Origin: Escherichia phage vB_Eco_mar003J3
DNA length: 64,000 bases
Reading direction: 5' to 3' (one strand)
Sequence record: NC_048203.1
The position numbers were made by a program, and so were the translations under genes. Within the stretch, counting starts at the first letter, position 1. Every line of letters starts with the position of its first letter. The notes below the pieces were generated by a model. The model made no database searches. It had not been told where the DNA came from and saw only the letters and a program-made list of their open reading frames with translations. This document shows positions 1-11,512 of the stretch, one piece after another.

Positions 1-191
1 ACCTGAGAAAATAGTATTGAGGGTTGATGTATCTGGTGTAGTAGAGCAGTGGGATGAAGAGGGATTTATCGCACTTTGCACTGAATCTCAGGATCCTATG
101 CTTAAAGCTATGCTAGCAGTGTATAACTTAGGTATTATTGCAGGTAGTAGATAATAATAAACCCCAGTGGATTATCCACTGGGGTTTTCTT

Positions 192-2417
192 TTACTTAGA
201 ACTTCTTAGTGCATTAAGTTCTCTCTGCATATATTCTAACTGTTCCTTATAGTCCACTATTTGTTTTTGTAGTTCCTGTACAACTGTGATAATATCAGCC
301 ATAACAGCCTTATCATTTACGTTTAGAATCTCAAATTCTTTTCCATTATCATCTACAGACTGACCCCCACTAAAAACATAAATAGGGTCAATAGCTTCCA
401 TCTGCTGTGCTAAATACCCACGCTGGGGAACTACATTTCCTTTATATGTGAATTCTACAATCCCTATTTGTTCAATTCGTTCCCACGCACCCGATTTCGG
501 CAATTTAAAATTGTCTTTGATACGAACATCAGAACCTTGAATAGCAACTTGCCCTAAAGGAGTATGCATTGTGCTGTCCGCTCGCATAGAATACCAGAGA
601 TTTATATTATCAGATCTTGTTAATTGCCATGTATATTGTGCGACTCCATCTACAGTATAAATGTAGTTGGCTACCGTACAGTCAGAGTTTTCAAGATGGG
701 ATAACTTGTTATGTCTAACACCGTCTAACGACTCTTGGCTTTTTAGCTTTACAATTGTAGCAGTGTATGCGTCAGAATTCCCAAAAAGTGCTCGAGCTAC
801 AAGGTTTGATTGTGTTTCTAATCCATTCTGTGGTAGTAAAGTCCCTGGTATATAAAGGTGTCCATTAGAATTAAAACGCATTACTGCTGTATTTGTTCCA
901 TGTGCTTCAACCCTTGCTTCGGTAATTCCATTTCCAATTGCTGCTTGTGCGTAGAAATCTGCACTAAAGTTATCGGTAGCTCCTACTTTATACTTTGAAC
1001 TAACTCTGCCACCACTTACTACAGTATTCACTGGGGGTAATACTGCATCGGCATTGTTAACACTCCAAGAAGTATTTGCCGCAACAAAACCACCAGATGC
1101 ACGAATAACCCAAACACCAACAAAACTACGTGGCAATATGTTGTTTTTTATTGAATATTTTCCATAGACTCCATCACTGGCCCCAGCGTTAATTGTTAAT
1201 ACTGCGTTGTTTCTTACTCTGCTAAAAGTACCATCATTAGGTAAAAATGTATCTTCAACTGCAGAATTATATCCGAAAGCTCCGCTTACAGCTTTAGGTG
1301 CTGGTTGCCAAACTTTTCCGCTTGTATCGTTTGCTGCCGTACCATAAATATTAGGTGCTGCCGCTTCATAGACACGCCCATCTTCGGAAGAATTACCACC
1401 ATCACCACGCCCAAAAAGACTTAACGTAGAATTTGGTTGCGCACCGTTCCGGTCAGGCACACGGAATGTAGTAGATCCGTTACCCGTTGAATACCTACCT
1501 CGTTTTTCTGGGTCAGCAAGCCATTCAGCATCGGAAATAGGCTATAACATTTGAGCGTATGCCCACAATTCAGGCCAGTCTGCGCGATTTAGCAATTGAC
1601 CATCTGATAAGACTTCATATGGTTGAATATACGCACGACTATCACGAAGATGGAAATCACCAACGCCATAGTTCATTACACCATTCATTGTCGGGCCGAC
1701 AGTGCCTGTATTTACAAGGTTTTGCACCCAACGTTTCGTCGCTGCATCATAATCGTTAACTGGATCACCAGACAGTGGGGTAGGACCTTGGGGCCTAACA
1801 ACAGACCATAAAGCTTCCCTATTGGTTACTCCTGTACCTCCCTGTTCAACAGATAATGATATCCACTTGTTTTCTACGTCACTATACGCACCCCAAGCAC
1901 CTGAATTCTGAATAGTTAACCTTGAGCTTTTATCTCCACTATACACTCGAGTTTCTGTTCCAAATTCCTGGCTAAATCTATCAAGTTCTAGTGCAGTTTT
2001 AGCCCCATCTACAGTAGAAGAACCAGTACCACCCTGAGCAATAGTAATAGCTTTGGTAAGTGAATTTAGTTCTGTAATATCGTTATTAGCACCCTTACCT
2101 GCTTTAGTATCTAGGCCAGTATTAATACTCTCAATGGATGTGTTAATACCACCCAAGGCAGAATTAATACCACCAATAGACTCGTTAATGCTACTAACAG
2201 ACTCATTAGTATTGTTAATAGAAGTATCAATTCCACTTAGACGAGTGTTTAATTCTTGCTGATCTATATTATACTTAGAGATTTGTAAGTATTTAGAAGT
2301 TAATACAACAGCACCAGCCTCTCCATCAACAGAGAAAACACCAGCAACAGCAGCATCTCTGTTAACTACAATATATGGCGCCATTGCGCCAGATTTAGGC
2401 ATTAAATTACGTGACAT
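192..2417 (-). CDS. L-shaped tail fibre protein, distal paralogue (LtfB-like); about 741 codons interrupted by one in-frame TAG at 1542..1544
   Basis: ORFs 1542..2417 and 192..1460 share a frame (1544-1460=84); the 27 codons between them are open; C-terminal chaperone-like segment AVMADIITVVQELQ; motif STGNGSTTFRVPD spans the stop and matches STGNGTTTFRLPD in 2816..5458. Confidence 0.7.
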
Positions 2418-2815
2418 AAGATTTCCTAATAAGATTAGAATTACTCCCTAATCTCTTGTAAACTTTTAGAGTAAAGTGCGAGTCCCTTCGCACAATAGGT
2501 TATTATGGAGTATTTTTTATTTTACTCACTTCTGTTTCAAGTGTGGACACACAGTTAACTAAAGCTAGAGCTTGATTTACTTCCGTAAGAAGTTTCTTAA
2601 GAGTAGTAATCCCTCCCTTTAAGCTATCAATTTCTTTTGCTTACTGGTCATTTTCATCCCTTAGCTGAAGAAGAGCTTCATGGTGTAGTACTCTGTCTTT
2701 TCATCGAACATGATGTTGTCCGCATATTGCCGAGTTTGATCGGACTGTATACTCACAACATCCGCGCGGATGTAAAAACCTGCAACAGCATGGTTTAGGA
2801 GGAATCCAAATGGTG

Positions 2816-5458
2816 TTACTTTTGTAACATCAGATTAACTAGTTCTTTAAGCTCTGCGACTTCTGACTTCAGCGTTTCGATTTCCGTATTCTTTCTCTGT
2901 AACTCCTGAACGACGGTTACTACATCCGCCATGACCGCGCGGTCATTTACGTTCATTATCTCAAATTCATTACCGTCATCACCAAGAGCGGTCCCCCCAA
3001 AGTAAGTATAGGTATCGTCGATATCAGCCATTTGCTGTGCAAGAAAACCGCGCTGACGGATTTTACTTCCGTTATAGTAAAATTCCATGACACCTATTTT
3101 AGCAATCCTTTCCGCTGCGCCATCCCTTGCAGGAGCAAAGCTATTCTTAATGCGGATATCAGATCCTTGGATGGCGACGCGCCCTTCAGGGGTGTACATC
3201 CCGTTATCTGCTCGGATCGAAAAATATTTAATATCAAGACCTGTTACGTCCATCCTTGTTACAAACTGTTGTTGTGAACCTCCTGGAGATACAAGATAGT
3301 GATATATTTTTGTTGTGTTATTTTCGACTTGGCTCAGATAGTTGACGTTATCCGCGTCCGTCGACGATCTATCCGCTTTTTTTATGACCGCCGGGCCGAA
3401 AGCGCCATCACGGCCCGAAAATACGCGCCCCCGGGCTTCACTCTCACATGACATATTGCCATCAGAGTCTATCGCCAAAATAGCCTGTTTAAGTACGCCA
3501 CCGATTCTGGATACTGCTGATATGCGAGTCACCACCACTGACGACCCTTTCGTCGCAGCCACGGACATCGACGCATCGGCGATATTAACGCCGTTTTCGG
3601 ATAGTCGGCTAGTCAGCCACCCGCCCGCCGTAGCCCCCGCAGGTAGAACAGTCTCCTTATGTACGACCTGCAACGTGTCCTGGATATTAGGGTTAGTCAC
3701 CTTTTCCAGAACCCAGCCACGCGTCGCGGCATCCATCTCGCTAACTGGATCTGCTGCTAATGGCGTGGCACCTACTGGGCGGACGTTAAGCCAAGCAGCG
3801 GCGCGGTCTGCGAGATCGCTCAAGTTATTTGCTTTCTTGAGTACATCTGAAGAAGCTGGAACTTCTAGGGCAGTTCTAGCCTCTTCTACTGTAGAAGCTC
3901 CGGTACCACCTTTATTTATCGGGATAATATCTTCTACAGAGGCTTCTCCAAGTCCTAAAGCTGATCTTGCAGTCTCAATAGTAGAAGCTCCGGTACCACC
4001 TTTATTTATTGGGATAATATCTTCTACAGAGGCTTCTCCAAGTCCTAAAGCTGATCTTGCAGTCTCAATAGTAGAAGCACCAGTACCTCCTTTAGCTACA
4101 GGTAAAATTCCCTCAAAACTATCTGTAGAAATGGCAATATTAACAGAACCATCTGCAGAAGGTCCAATCCCATTAACCATAGTAATATACGGAATTTGTT
4201 CCTTAATAGCACCAGCGTTTTCCTCGCCTTTTGCAGCAGCACGGAATGCTTGACCCTGCATCATATCAGGTAGACGGAAAGTAGTAGTACCATTACCAGT
4301 GGAGAAATAGAGAGTTGCACCAGCTTGCCATTGTTCCTCAGTAACCGAAGGGATTAAGCCAGCTTCAATAGCTTCCCAAGTATCTGGGTAGTCTACACGT
4401 AGAACCTCACGACCATCAGCAGGAAGAACACCAGGGTACCCAACGCCTGAATCCTTATCATAAGGGAACCAAGTAACTTCACCTAACCACAGAGAAGGAT
4501 TACCACCAGGAAGAGTAATCTGTATGTTACCTACATCATCTGCACGAACGTTATTAATAGAAACTATCTTTTGCTCTGCCTCTACTAACTCTAATTCTGG
4601 AGTCTCAGCAGTTCCAGCTACTTTGTACCACCCATATTTTGAGTCAGTTTGGTTCCATACTAGGATCTTTTCACCTAGTGCGCGACTACTAACGTCAGTA
4701 TCTGCTTCTTCTTTGGTCTTGTAGACTTTGATAAAGCCAGATATATCTTCTTTATCCAGTTTGCTATCTACAATCTGAGTAGCACGATCTGCCTCAGCTT
4801 TAGCACGATCTGCCTCAGTAGTAGCATCGATAGCTTTATCGCCAGCTTCAGTAGCAGAACCAGCAGCATTAGTTTCAGAAATCTTAGCGTTTAGTTCTGA
4901 TTGCTTAGCAGCAGCAGCATGCTCACCAGCAGTTGTTGCAGCAGCATCGGCTCCTTCTTTAGCAGTTTCTGCACCAGTTTGTGCAGTTTCAGCGGCTACT
5001 TGAGCTTGTTGAGCAGCAGTTTTAGCTTGTTCGGCTAGTTCTCTACTTCTTTCAGCATTTTGAGCAGCTAACTGAGCCGCATCTTTGTGTGTGCCGGCTT
5101 CTGTAGCAGATGCAGCGGATTCTTCAGCGCTAGCCTTAGATAATCCAGCTTGTCTCTCAGATTCCGTAGCAGAAGTAGCTGCTTGAGTAGCAGAAGCTTC
5201 AGAAGAATCAGCGTAAATAGCAGCTCTATTTTCTGAGTCTCTAGCGTTAGTTTCAGATAATTTTGCTGCAATTTCAGAATCTTTTGCAGCAGCAGCTGAA
5301 GCTGCGGATGATTCCACAGCCGCAGTCAGTTCACCCGCAGTAATAGAACTGATAGAGTTACCTAAAACTACTGTATATTTAGGATACTTACTAGCAGTAG
5401 TTGTAGTATCATCTATGTTCAGAATCTGCTGTACAATAATTTTAGTTTTAAGTGCCAT
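2816..5458 (-). CDS. L-shaped tail fibre protein, proximal paralogue (pb1/LtfA-like) with C-terminal intramolecular chaperone domain
   Basis: 880 aa; N-terminus [11 protein letters not shown]...SKYPKYTVVLGNSISSITA and Ala/Gln/Glu-rich coiled region; C-terminus AVMADVVTVVQELQ typical of autoproteolytic chaperone domain; directly downstream of p132-like gene. Confidence 0.75.
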   Translation of the reverse strand: MALKTKIIVQQILNIDDTTTTASKYPKYTVVLGNSISSITAGELTAAVESSAASAAAAKDSEIAAKLSETNARDSENRAAIYADSSEASATQAATSATESERQAGLSKASAEESAASATEAGTHKDAAQLAAQNAERSRELAEQAKTAAQQAQVAAETAQTGAETAKEGADAAATTAGEHAAAAKQSELNAKISETNAAGSATEAGDKAIDATTEADRAKAEADRATQIVDSKLDKEDISGFIKVYKTKEEADTDVSSRALGEKILVWNQTDSKYGWYKVAGTAETPELELVEAEQKIVSINNVRADDVGNIQITLPGGNPSLWLGEVTWFPYDKDSGVGYPGVLPADGREVLRVDYPDTWEAIEAGLIPSVTEEQWQAGATLYFSTGNGTTTFRLPDMMQGQAFRAAAKGEENAGAIKEQIPYITMVNGIGPSADGSVNIAISTDSFEGILPVAKGGTGASTIETARSALGLGEASVEDIIPINKGGTGASTIETARSALGLGEASVEDIIPINKGGTGASTVEEARTALEVPASSDVLKKANNLSDLADRAAAWLNVRPVGATPLAADPVSEMDAATRGWVLEKVTNPNIQDTLQVVHKETVLPAGATAGGWLTSRLSENGVNIADASMSVAATKGSSVVVTRISAVSRIGGVLKQAILAIDSDGNMSCESEARGRVFSGRDGAFGPAVIKKADRSSTDADNVNYLSQVENNTTKIYHYLVSPGGSQQQFVTRMDVTGLDIKYFSIRADNGMYTPEGRVAIQGSDIRIKNSFAPARDGAAERIAKIGVMEFYYNGSKIRQRGFLAQQMADIDDTYTYFGGTALGDDGNEFEIMNVNDRAVMADVVTVVQELQRKNTEIETLKSEVAELKELVNLMLQK
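3891..4070. repeat. tandem 90-bp repeat, 2 copies with 1 mismatch, inside tail fibre gene
   Basis: 3891..3980 and 3981..4070 identical except c/t at 3920 vs 4010; encodes repeated IETARSALGLGEASVEDIIPINKGGTGAST. Confidence 0.9.
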
Positions 5459-5880
5459 TATTGAGTTACTCCATCGCTGATGTATACTTTACCTTCCATA
5501 ATACGGAAAGAACTGACTTCAGAGCCAATTACATCACGAGTCATTAGGATATCATAATAACCAGCAAAACGTTGTCTTGGGTTATACTTATCACGTTCTT
5601 TAGATGCTTTTTCACCAATATTAGTAACGTCTGCAACGGAAAGACTAATTGCAGCAGCACCTTGAGCAGCATCAATAACACGAGTTTTAAAGTTAGCTAG
5701 AACCTCGGCGTTCTCATCTAAACTAGACTTAATAGTTCCTCGGAGTGAATATCCGGTTAAGTTAACAGGAACTTCTGTTGGTGGATATACACTGTCATCA
5801 ACATCCATAAACTGCATGATAAGACCATAAGGTACTTTCTCATCAACAACAATATCAATAACTCGGTTTTCTGTACTCAT
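5458..5880 (-). CDS. tail collar protein (T5 p132-like)
   Basis: 140 aa, same size as T5 p132, located between pb4-like and tail fibre genes. Confidence 0.6.
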   Translation of the reverse strand: MSTENRVIDIVVDEKVPYGLIMQFMDVDDSVYPPTEVPVNLTGYSLRGTIKSSLDENAEVLANFKTRVIDAAQGAAAISLSVADVTNIGEKASKERDKYNPRQRFAGYYDILMTRDVIGSEVSSFRIMEGKVYISDGVTQ

Positions 5881-5885
5881 TATAA

Positions 5886-7943
5886 TTACCTTATATGGAT
5901 ATACCCACTATTTAGGTCTATCTTCATCTTGTAGTATGCTTCAGGGTTCCCTGATAACGCAGCATTTCTATCGTAGATTATATTAACACCGATTTGTGAT
6001 AAGAAGGCATTTCCTGCCACAATCTTATCCGCAGTAACAGTTCCATTAACAATCATATTGCCATGAAGAACCATTGCAGGGTTAATCCATCCAGCTCCGT
6101 TCCACTGACGGGTAAATGCTGTTTGTGGAGCATTACTGTTAAATTGTGTTAGAACATCGTATTTAACCGGAGGTTTTCCAAAGTTATTTTGAAAGAATGC
6201 GTTAGCTTGTCCATCATCCCAACCGCCTAATCCAGGAATACCCATGGAGTACATCCCAGGACCACGCTGTCCATCATGTCCTATAGTACCTTCAGTACCA
6301 CTCCATTGAACTACATCAGACCAGCTAGTACCTTCAAGAAGTTTGTTAGTAACTGGATCAAGTGTACCTGTAGTCGCATAGATATTTTGTGTCATATCTG
6401 TACGGTTAGGTGGAGTTTTTGACCAACCAGGAGGTGGATAATCTTGTTCTAGCGGTTTGGCCGGTAAAGATGTTGCTAACTTATAAACAAATACTGTTTG
6501 CTTACCTTGTAAACCAGTTCCAATATCTACGTCACCATTTGGTGTTCCAATCACTACACCACTAGAAATACGCAGAGTAGTACCATCATAACGTATCCAT
6601 TGTGTAGCATTACCAATGTCTAACTTAGCTTTGGCAGAGGTATTATCCATACCCATCCAAATACCAGAGTTATTATCCCCCCAGGATTTACCTTGAGTGT
6701 AAATTGCTGGGTTATCTTTACCAGACAAGTTAGTCATGATAAAGTTCGCAGCATTAATATCTCTAGTAATTACTTTACCATCAACGTTAACAACACGGTT
6801 TATAGGGTCAAAAGAAATAGGTGCTTTACCTTCTTCATCTAGCAGACCAATGTTAATAGCACCAGTAGCTGCATCAATTAGGAATGTTTGTCTCCAGATT
6901 TCCCCATCTTTCATGCTGCCTTTAATAAAGGCATAGTTAACATCAATACCCGTCTCATTGACAAAACTATTATCTAGAGGAGTATCTTCATTCAGAATAA
7001 ACGTTACAGGAGCTGACTCTGTTATATCTTGTTTACTTGGTCCCCAGGCAATTGATGATACCTTAAAAGTATGTTCAACTTTCCATGGGAATGATATAAT
7101 TGTTGCAGCTCTGGCAGCACCCACGTTTATCTTTTGAGCTTTAGCCCATCCGGTTTTAGCATATTCCTCGGAGTTTATGTAAGTAACCAAGAATTCACGA
7201 ACGTTAGCACCAGCACCACGTTCCCAGTCCCACTCAATTCTAACATCATATCGTTCTTTACCATCAGCAATTCGTGCAGCTTTAAAAACAATATCGATAG
7301 GTGCAGTAGGAGGAACAAAATTATAAGCTACAGTTAGAATATTAGTGAACTCATAGTACCCAGAAGAATCAACTGTAACACCATCAGGCATAGTTACTTG
7401 ACCAGATATTCTGATCTTATAATCTCCGATAGGAACTCCACCAAATTTAATAGTAGAACCTAAAGCCCCAATATAATATTTAGTCCATGGACTGTCTTCA
7501 GTGGCTGTACTTTTTAACTCAATAGTACAGTAGCTTGCTTCACCAGTTGTTTCCACAACAACTATTGGTGCGCCCACCCCAACATCCACAGGTTCTGACT
7601 CAGATCTTGCTGCAACAATTATTGGCTTCTCTTTTGTTTTAAAGTTAGTTTCATTAGAGAGGTTAATACCAATTTTTGCATTTAAAAGTTCTGAGTCAAT
7701 AATTGAGTCATAAAAAGCTCCCTGAACCTGATAGGTAGTTGAGGGAGTTAAGTTATTGATCATAACAAAGAAAGTGTCGATTCCAGTGAAATCTCTTCTA
7801 TCCACTTCTTCGCCAAGTTTAAGCCAGAATGATCTACCGATAACATCGTAGTCGGTATAGATAGAATGCTGGATATACGCCATAGTATATCCAGTCATAA
7901 TACTATTTAAGACCATCTTGGCTGGTGCATTATTCGAAATCAT
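5886..7943 (-). CDS. baseplate / central fibre protein (T5 pb4-like)
   Basis: 685 aa (T5 pb4 about 688 aa), synteny after hub protein. Confidence 0.65.
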   Translation of the reverse strand: MISNNAPAKMVLNSIMTGYTMAYIQHSIYTDYDVIGRSFWLKLGEEVDRRDFTGIDTFFVMINNLTPSTTYQVQGAFYDSIIDSELLNAKIGINLSNETNFKTKEKPIIVAARSESEPVDVGVGAPIVVVETTGEASYCTIELKSTATEDSPWTKYYIGALGSTIKFGGVPIGDYKIRISGQVTMPDGVTVDSSGYYEFTNILTVAYNFVPPTAPIDIVFKAARIADGKERYDVRIEWDWERGAGANVREFLVTYINSEEYAKTGWAKAQKINVGAARAATIISFPWKVEHTFKVSSIAWGPSKQDITESAPVTFILNEDTPLDNSFVNETGIDVNYAFIKGSMKDGEIWRQTFLIDAATGAINIGLLDEEGKAPISFDPINRVVNVDGKVITRDINAANFIMTNLSGKDNPAIYTQGKSWGDNNSGIWMGMDNTSAKAKLDIGNATQWIRYDGTTLRISSGVVIGTPNGDVDIGTGLQGKQTVFVYKLATSLPAKPLEQDYPPPGWSKTPPNRTDMTQNIYATTGTLDPVTNKLLEGTSWSDVVQWSGTEGTIGHDGQRGPGMYSMGIPGLGGWDDGQANAFFQNNFGKPPVKYDVLTQFNSNAPQTAFTRQWNGAGWINPAMVLHGNMIVNGTVTADKIVAGNAFLSQIGVNIIYDRNAALSGNPEAYYKMKIDLNSGYIHIR

Positions 7944-10793
7944 TTAAATAGATGCCCAATCCACAGATTGCTCGCCATTATCACCTTCTGCTCTTATACG
8001 GAAGCGTAACTTCCTATTAATACCTAGAGCATCCTCGTTATGAAGAGCATAGTCTGCCTTATTGTATATCAGTAGATAATCGTAGACATACTGATCTTCA
8101 ATTCGTACACTTCTTAATAAACGATCTAGGTTATCGTAGATTTCGAGAGTGTAGAAGATTCCATCAATGATATCTTCTTCTGGAATTCTATCCCAGGCCA
8201 ACTTAACGTCTGGTCCTACAAACTCCGATACATCTCCTGAAGCTGTATTAGTAACTCTGAAGTTACTAACGACGCTTAAGTTTTTAGCAGAGTTAAGTTC
8301 TACTGATAGTGTTACTGGAGAACTTCGTCTACCATTAATATCTACAGCTCTAATCTCAAATACTGCTAAACCAGCAGGTTCTCCAATAATTTCTTGGATC
8401 ATTCGTAGATTTGGATTAGTTTCTAATTGCTGTACGATATAAGGATCAGCATGTCCAGAGTGAACGATGGAGTAATAAACAACGTTATTAGTTAAGCTAG
8501 GAAGCCAAGATAGCTCACCATTCTTACCAATAGATCCTACTTGTCCACCCGGTGTTGGTGTATACATAAAGTCTCTAGGAGGCAGTACGTTATTACTAAC
8601 ATCAGGGATATCGTTACCACTATTATCAACCTGCTCGGAGTTAATGAATACATCCTCACCGTACTCTTGCAGTGTAATATTAATCTTACCTTCTCTAGAG
8701 TTTTCAACTTCATCAACTAGGAAGTATTTCTTGTCCCAACCATAACGACCGTATGTAAAAGCAATCGGATCGTTAGGCTCAATGCCTATGAAATGATATG
8801 GTAATGAGAATGTGAGAGTTCGTGAGTAACGAGACTTTTTCAGTTCTCTATCTGCAAAGCTACGCGCAGTATAGTAGTTAGTGATGTTTGCAAAAGAAAG
8901 CTGAAGTTTTTTATCTAACCCTTTATCTTGCTCCTTAAATATAGAGTTAAAGAATGTAATGGAGTTAGTTTTCCAGCTTAATGCGGGATCTAGTATAGAG
9001 GCTTGTACTGAGTTGAATTTATTTCTACCAGTAGTATCTGACAATTCCAGATCACCATAGGTATCTAAGAAGTCAATCTCCAGTGGAGTATTCGAGAACT
9101 TCTCAACAGTTATTCTATACTGACCAGATAAGTTGTTGATAGCACCTCCATAAGACTCTATTAATCCCTGCACGTTTTTAAATACTGACTCAGAGGTATC
9201 GAGAATAGTATTCATTTGAACTATTTGTCTATTCTCTCCTACAGCATCAGTCCATCCAACGTATCTCCAGTAGGGTTGCCAAGAAACCTGATAGGATTCA
9301 TCAATGATATCCAGGATAGCTGCTTCTTGAATAAGTTGCTGGAGAGGGAACTGATCAATAGTGATATTAGCACCGTAGCGGTCAGAGGTTAGGTAGTCCA
9401 GAGTTTGCCAGATACCGTTTAAGCTAGTCTTATCAGCAGTTACTCTACCATCTGAATGGTAGATTTTAGTCTTCTTACCTTGAACTTCAGCACTAACTTC
9501 TGGAATTTCTGTTCTGTTTTCGTTAATAGTAAAGCGAACAATAGCATAAGCAGTATCTAACAGTTTATAACGAGAGTCCCAGTATTCCGGTCCATTCTCA
9601 TTCATGTTCTGTAGATAGAAACCTTTCTCTTTTGCAATGTTAACTAGAACATCCGCAGCAGATTGGTCTGCTCTACCATGGTAAGTCCAGATACGGATAT
9701 CACCATTACCATCATTATACCTATATTCCTGTCCATGAACAGAAGGTTCAGAGCTTGATTGACCAGAAGCAATACGTTGCATGGTATCTCCAGCTACTTT
9801 CTTAGTACCAAAGCAAGTACGAGACTTACTATCATTAGGATCAATACAGATCATTGGTACATCACCAAAGTAGAAATCTAGAAATCCATCAATCTCACCC
9901 TCACAGAATGCATACACTATATATACGATATTAGGGTTATGCAGCTCAGTATCTGCGAATACGGGGATTCCAGGAATTTTCTGAGTTCCATACACTACCG
10001 GGAGGAACTTAGCCGCTAAGTTAAAATCGATATCAACTTCCTTAGTCACAGTCTCATAGTATTTCTTCATGCTATAGCTTCTAGAAAGACCAAATAACTT
10101 TTTCTTAGACTGTAACTTGTAGCGTTCTTCCTGAACCTGATACTTAGCTAGAATAGAGATACTCTTATTAGCGTGGAAGAATCCATAGTCCTCTTGATAT
10201 TCAGGTCGCTTAGCGCCGTTAGATGGAACTAATTGGCCAGCAACAATCTCAAGTCCCCTATGGGCAGCATCATCTGTGAAACGTCCGTTTACTCTATCAA
10301 AGTCATAGAATTGATTTGAACAGTTCCATGTGATAGTAGATGTGCTAATTCCAGAAGTACCAATGTTATCCTTAATACCTCCACCAGTAATTTTACCACG
10401 AAAGTAAAGTAAAGGACCATTAGTGTCTGAATCTACAGGAAGAATATTGCCTTCTTCATCAATAACCGCTTGATGGATTGAGATAGACCTATCTAGGAAG
10501 GATACACCATTTTGGACTAGTTTTAATACTTCATCCTCAGCAGTACCTGTGATAGTAAAAGAAAGACTACCAATGGAAAGATCTCTATTTTGTTTATGTG
10601 TTGTTATAGACTTAACCTTACCGGATGTATAAAGAATACCATTATATCTTACATCTCTAAAATAATCTGTAAGATATATGTACGCAGAACTTGATCCGGT
10701 AGAGCTTGGCAATTCAAGAGTAATAAGGCATGCAGTTTTTATTTTATTATTGGTTCTTAGATACTCTCTTGCACTGTCAAGAATTTTCTTCAT
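7944..10793 (-). CDS. baseplate hub protein (T5 pb3-like)
   Basis: 949 aa, same length as T5 pb3; follows Dit gene with 4-nt overlap. Confidence 0.7.
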   Translation of the reverse strand: MKKILDSAREYLRTNNKIKTACLITLELPSSTGSSSAYIYLTDYFRDVRYNGILYTSGKVKSITTHKQNRDLSIGSLSFTITGTAEDEVLKLVQNGVSFLDRSISIHQAVIDEEGNILPVDSDTNGPLLYFRGKITGGGIKDNIGTSGISTSTITWNCSNQFYDFDRVNGRFTDDAAHRGLEIVAGQLVPSNGAKRPEYQEDYGFFHANKSISILAKYQVQEERYKLQSKKKLFGLSRSYSMKKYYETVTKEVDIDFNLAAKFLPVVYGTQKIPGIPVFADTELHNPNIVYIVYAFCEGEIDGFLDFYFGDVPMICIDPNDSKSRTCFGTKKVAGDTMQRIASGQSSSEPSVHGQEYRYNDGNGDIRIWTYHGRADQSAADVLVNIAKEKGFYLQNMNENGPEYWDSRYKLLDTAYAIVRFTINENRTEIPEVSAEVQGKKTKIYHSDGRVTADKTSLNGIWQTLDYLTSDRYGANITIDQFPLQQLIQEAAILDIIDESYQVSWQPYWRYVGWTDAVGENRQIVQMNTILDTSESVFKNVQGLIESYGGAINNLSGQYRITVEKFSNTPLEIDFLDTYGDLELSDTTGRNKFNSVQASILDPALSWKTNSITFFNSIFKEQDKGLDKKLQLSFANITNYYTARSFADRELKKSRYSRTLTFSLPYHFIGIEPNDPIAFTYGRYGWDKKYFLVDEVENSREGKINITLQEYGEDVFINSEQVDNSGNDIPDVSNNVLPPRDFMYTPTPGGQVGSIGKNGELSWLPSLTNNVVYYSIVHSGHADPYIVQQLETNPNLRMIQEIIGEPAGLAVFEIRAVDINGRRSSPVTLSVELNSAKNLSVVSNFRVTNTASGDVSEFVGPDVKLAWDRIPEEDIIDGIFYTLEIYDNLDRLLRSVRIEDQYVYDYLLIYNKADYALHNEDALGINRKLRFRIRAEGDNGEQSVDWASI

Positions 10794-11404
10794 AGACTTT
10801 CCCTCAAGGAAAGTGAAATACCAGTATATGTACCATTACTATTTAACGTAGAGCCAAAACTGTCTCCGTTCATTAATTTAGTTCTAAACAGAATACCATT
10901 AAATACCGGTTTCTCACTACCCGTAGTAGTAATGAATAGATCAGGATAAACACTTATATTCCAAGTATTTCCTGCTGTGTTGATAGAAGTGATTTTGTAC
11001 ACTTTTGGATGGTTGGACAATTTAAATAAATCGCCTGGTTTAGGCAGTCCACGAAGTGTACCTTTAGTGTCCATAATAACTATTGAACCTTTTTGTCCGG
11101 CAGGAATATTTACAGCACTAGTATCACCACGAACTCGGAAAGCTTCATATTGTGGTAATAACACATCAATATAGCTACCTGTTCTTTTATAATCTAGAAT
11201 GAATGAGTCTAATTTAGCAAATTCATCTGGGAATAATTCTGGATAAGAGATATTAATACCCCAATATTGAGCAGACACCTTAACCTCCCTAACTTTACCA
11301 TTAGGTAATTCATCACGAATCATAGGGTCATTGTCTACTAAGTTAACGCTTTCAAAACCTAACCCTGATAGCTCTGGGTTCGTGTATGGGTCTGGTAGTC
11401 TCAT
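10790..11404 (-). CDS. distal tail protein Dit (T5 pb9-like)
   Basis: 204 aa, immediately downstream of tape measure gene. Confidence 0.65.
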   Translation of the reverse strand: MRLPDPYTNPELSGLGFESVNLVDNDPMIRDELPNGKVREVKVSAQYWGINISYPELFPDEFAKLDSFILDYKRTGSYIDVLLPQYEAFRVRGDTSAVNIPAGQKGSIVIMDTKGTLRGLPKPGDLFKLSNHPKVYKITSINTAGNTWNISVYPDLFITTTGSEKPVFNGILFRTKLMNGDSFGSTLNSNGTYTGISLSLRESL

Positions 11405-11512
11405 AGTTAATTTCTCCTCTTAATAACAATATTATAATAGGATTGGAAAATTTTATCAAGAAATTTTTATTTTTCCATAAAGAAAAGGAGGACATAAAGT
11501 CCTCCTCCAGTA

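Noticed and set aside
2418-2815. Possible small gene or degraded fibre C-terminus in the 400-bp spacer between the two fibre genes, with a 14-bp palindrome CATCCGCGCGGATG at 2760..2773
   Set aside because: Minus-strand translation gives only short coiled-coil-like fragments broken by stops; too weak to call. The palindrome may be a regulatory site but there is no supporting context.
3342-4253. 303-aa plus-strand ORF
   Set aside because: Antisense to the tail fibre gene within its repeat-rich region; it repeats the same tandem unit in reverse frame and is not a credible gene.
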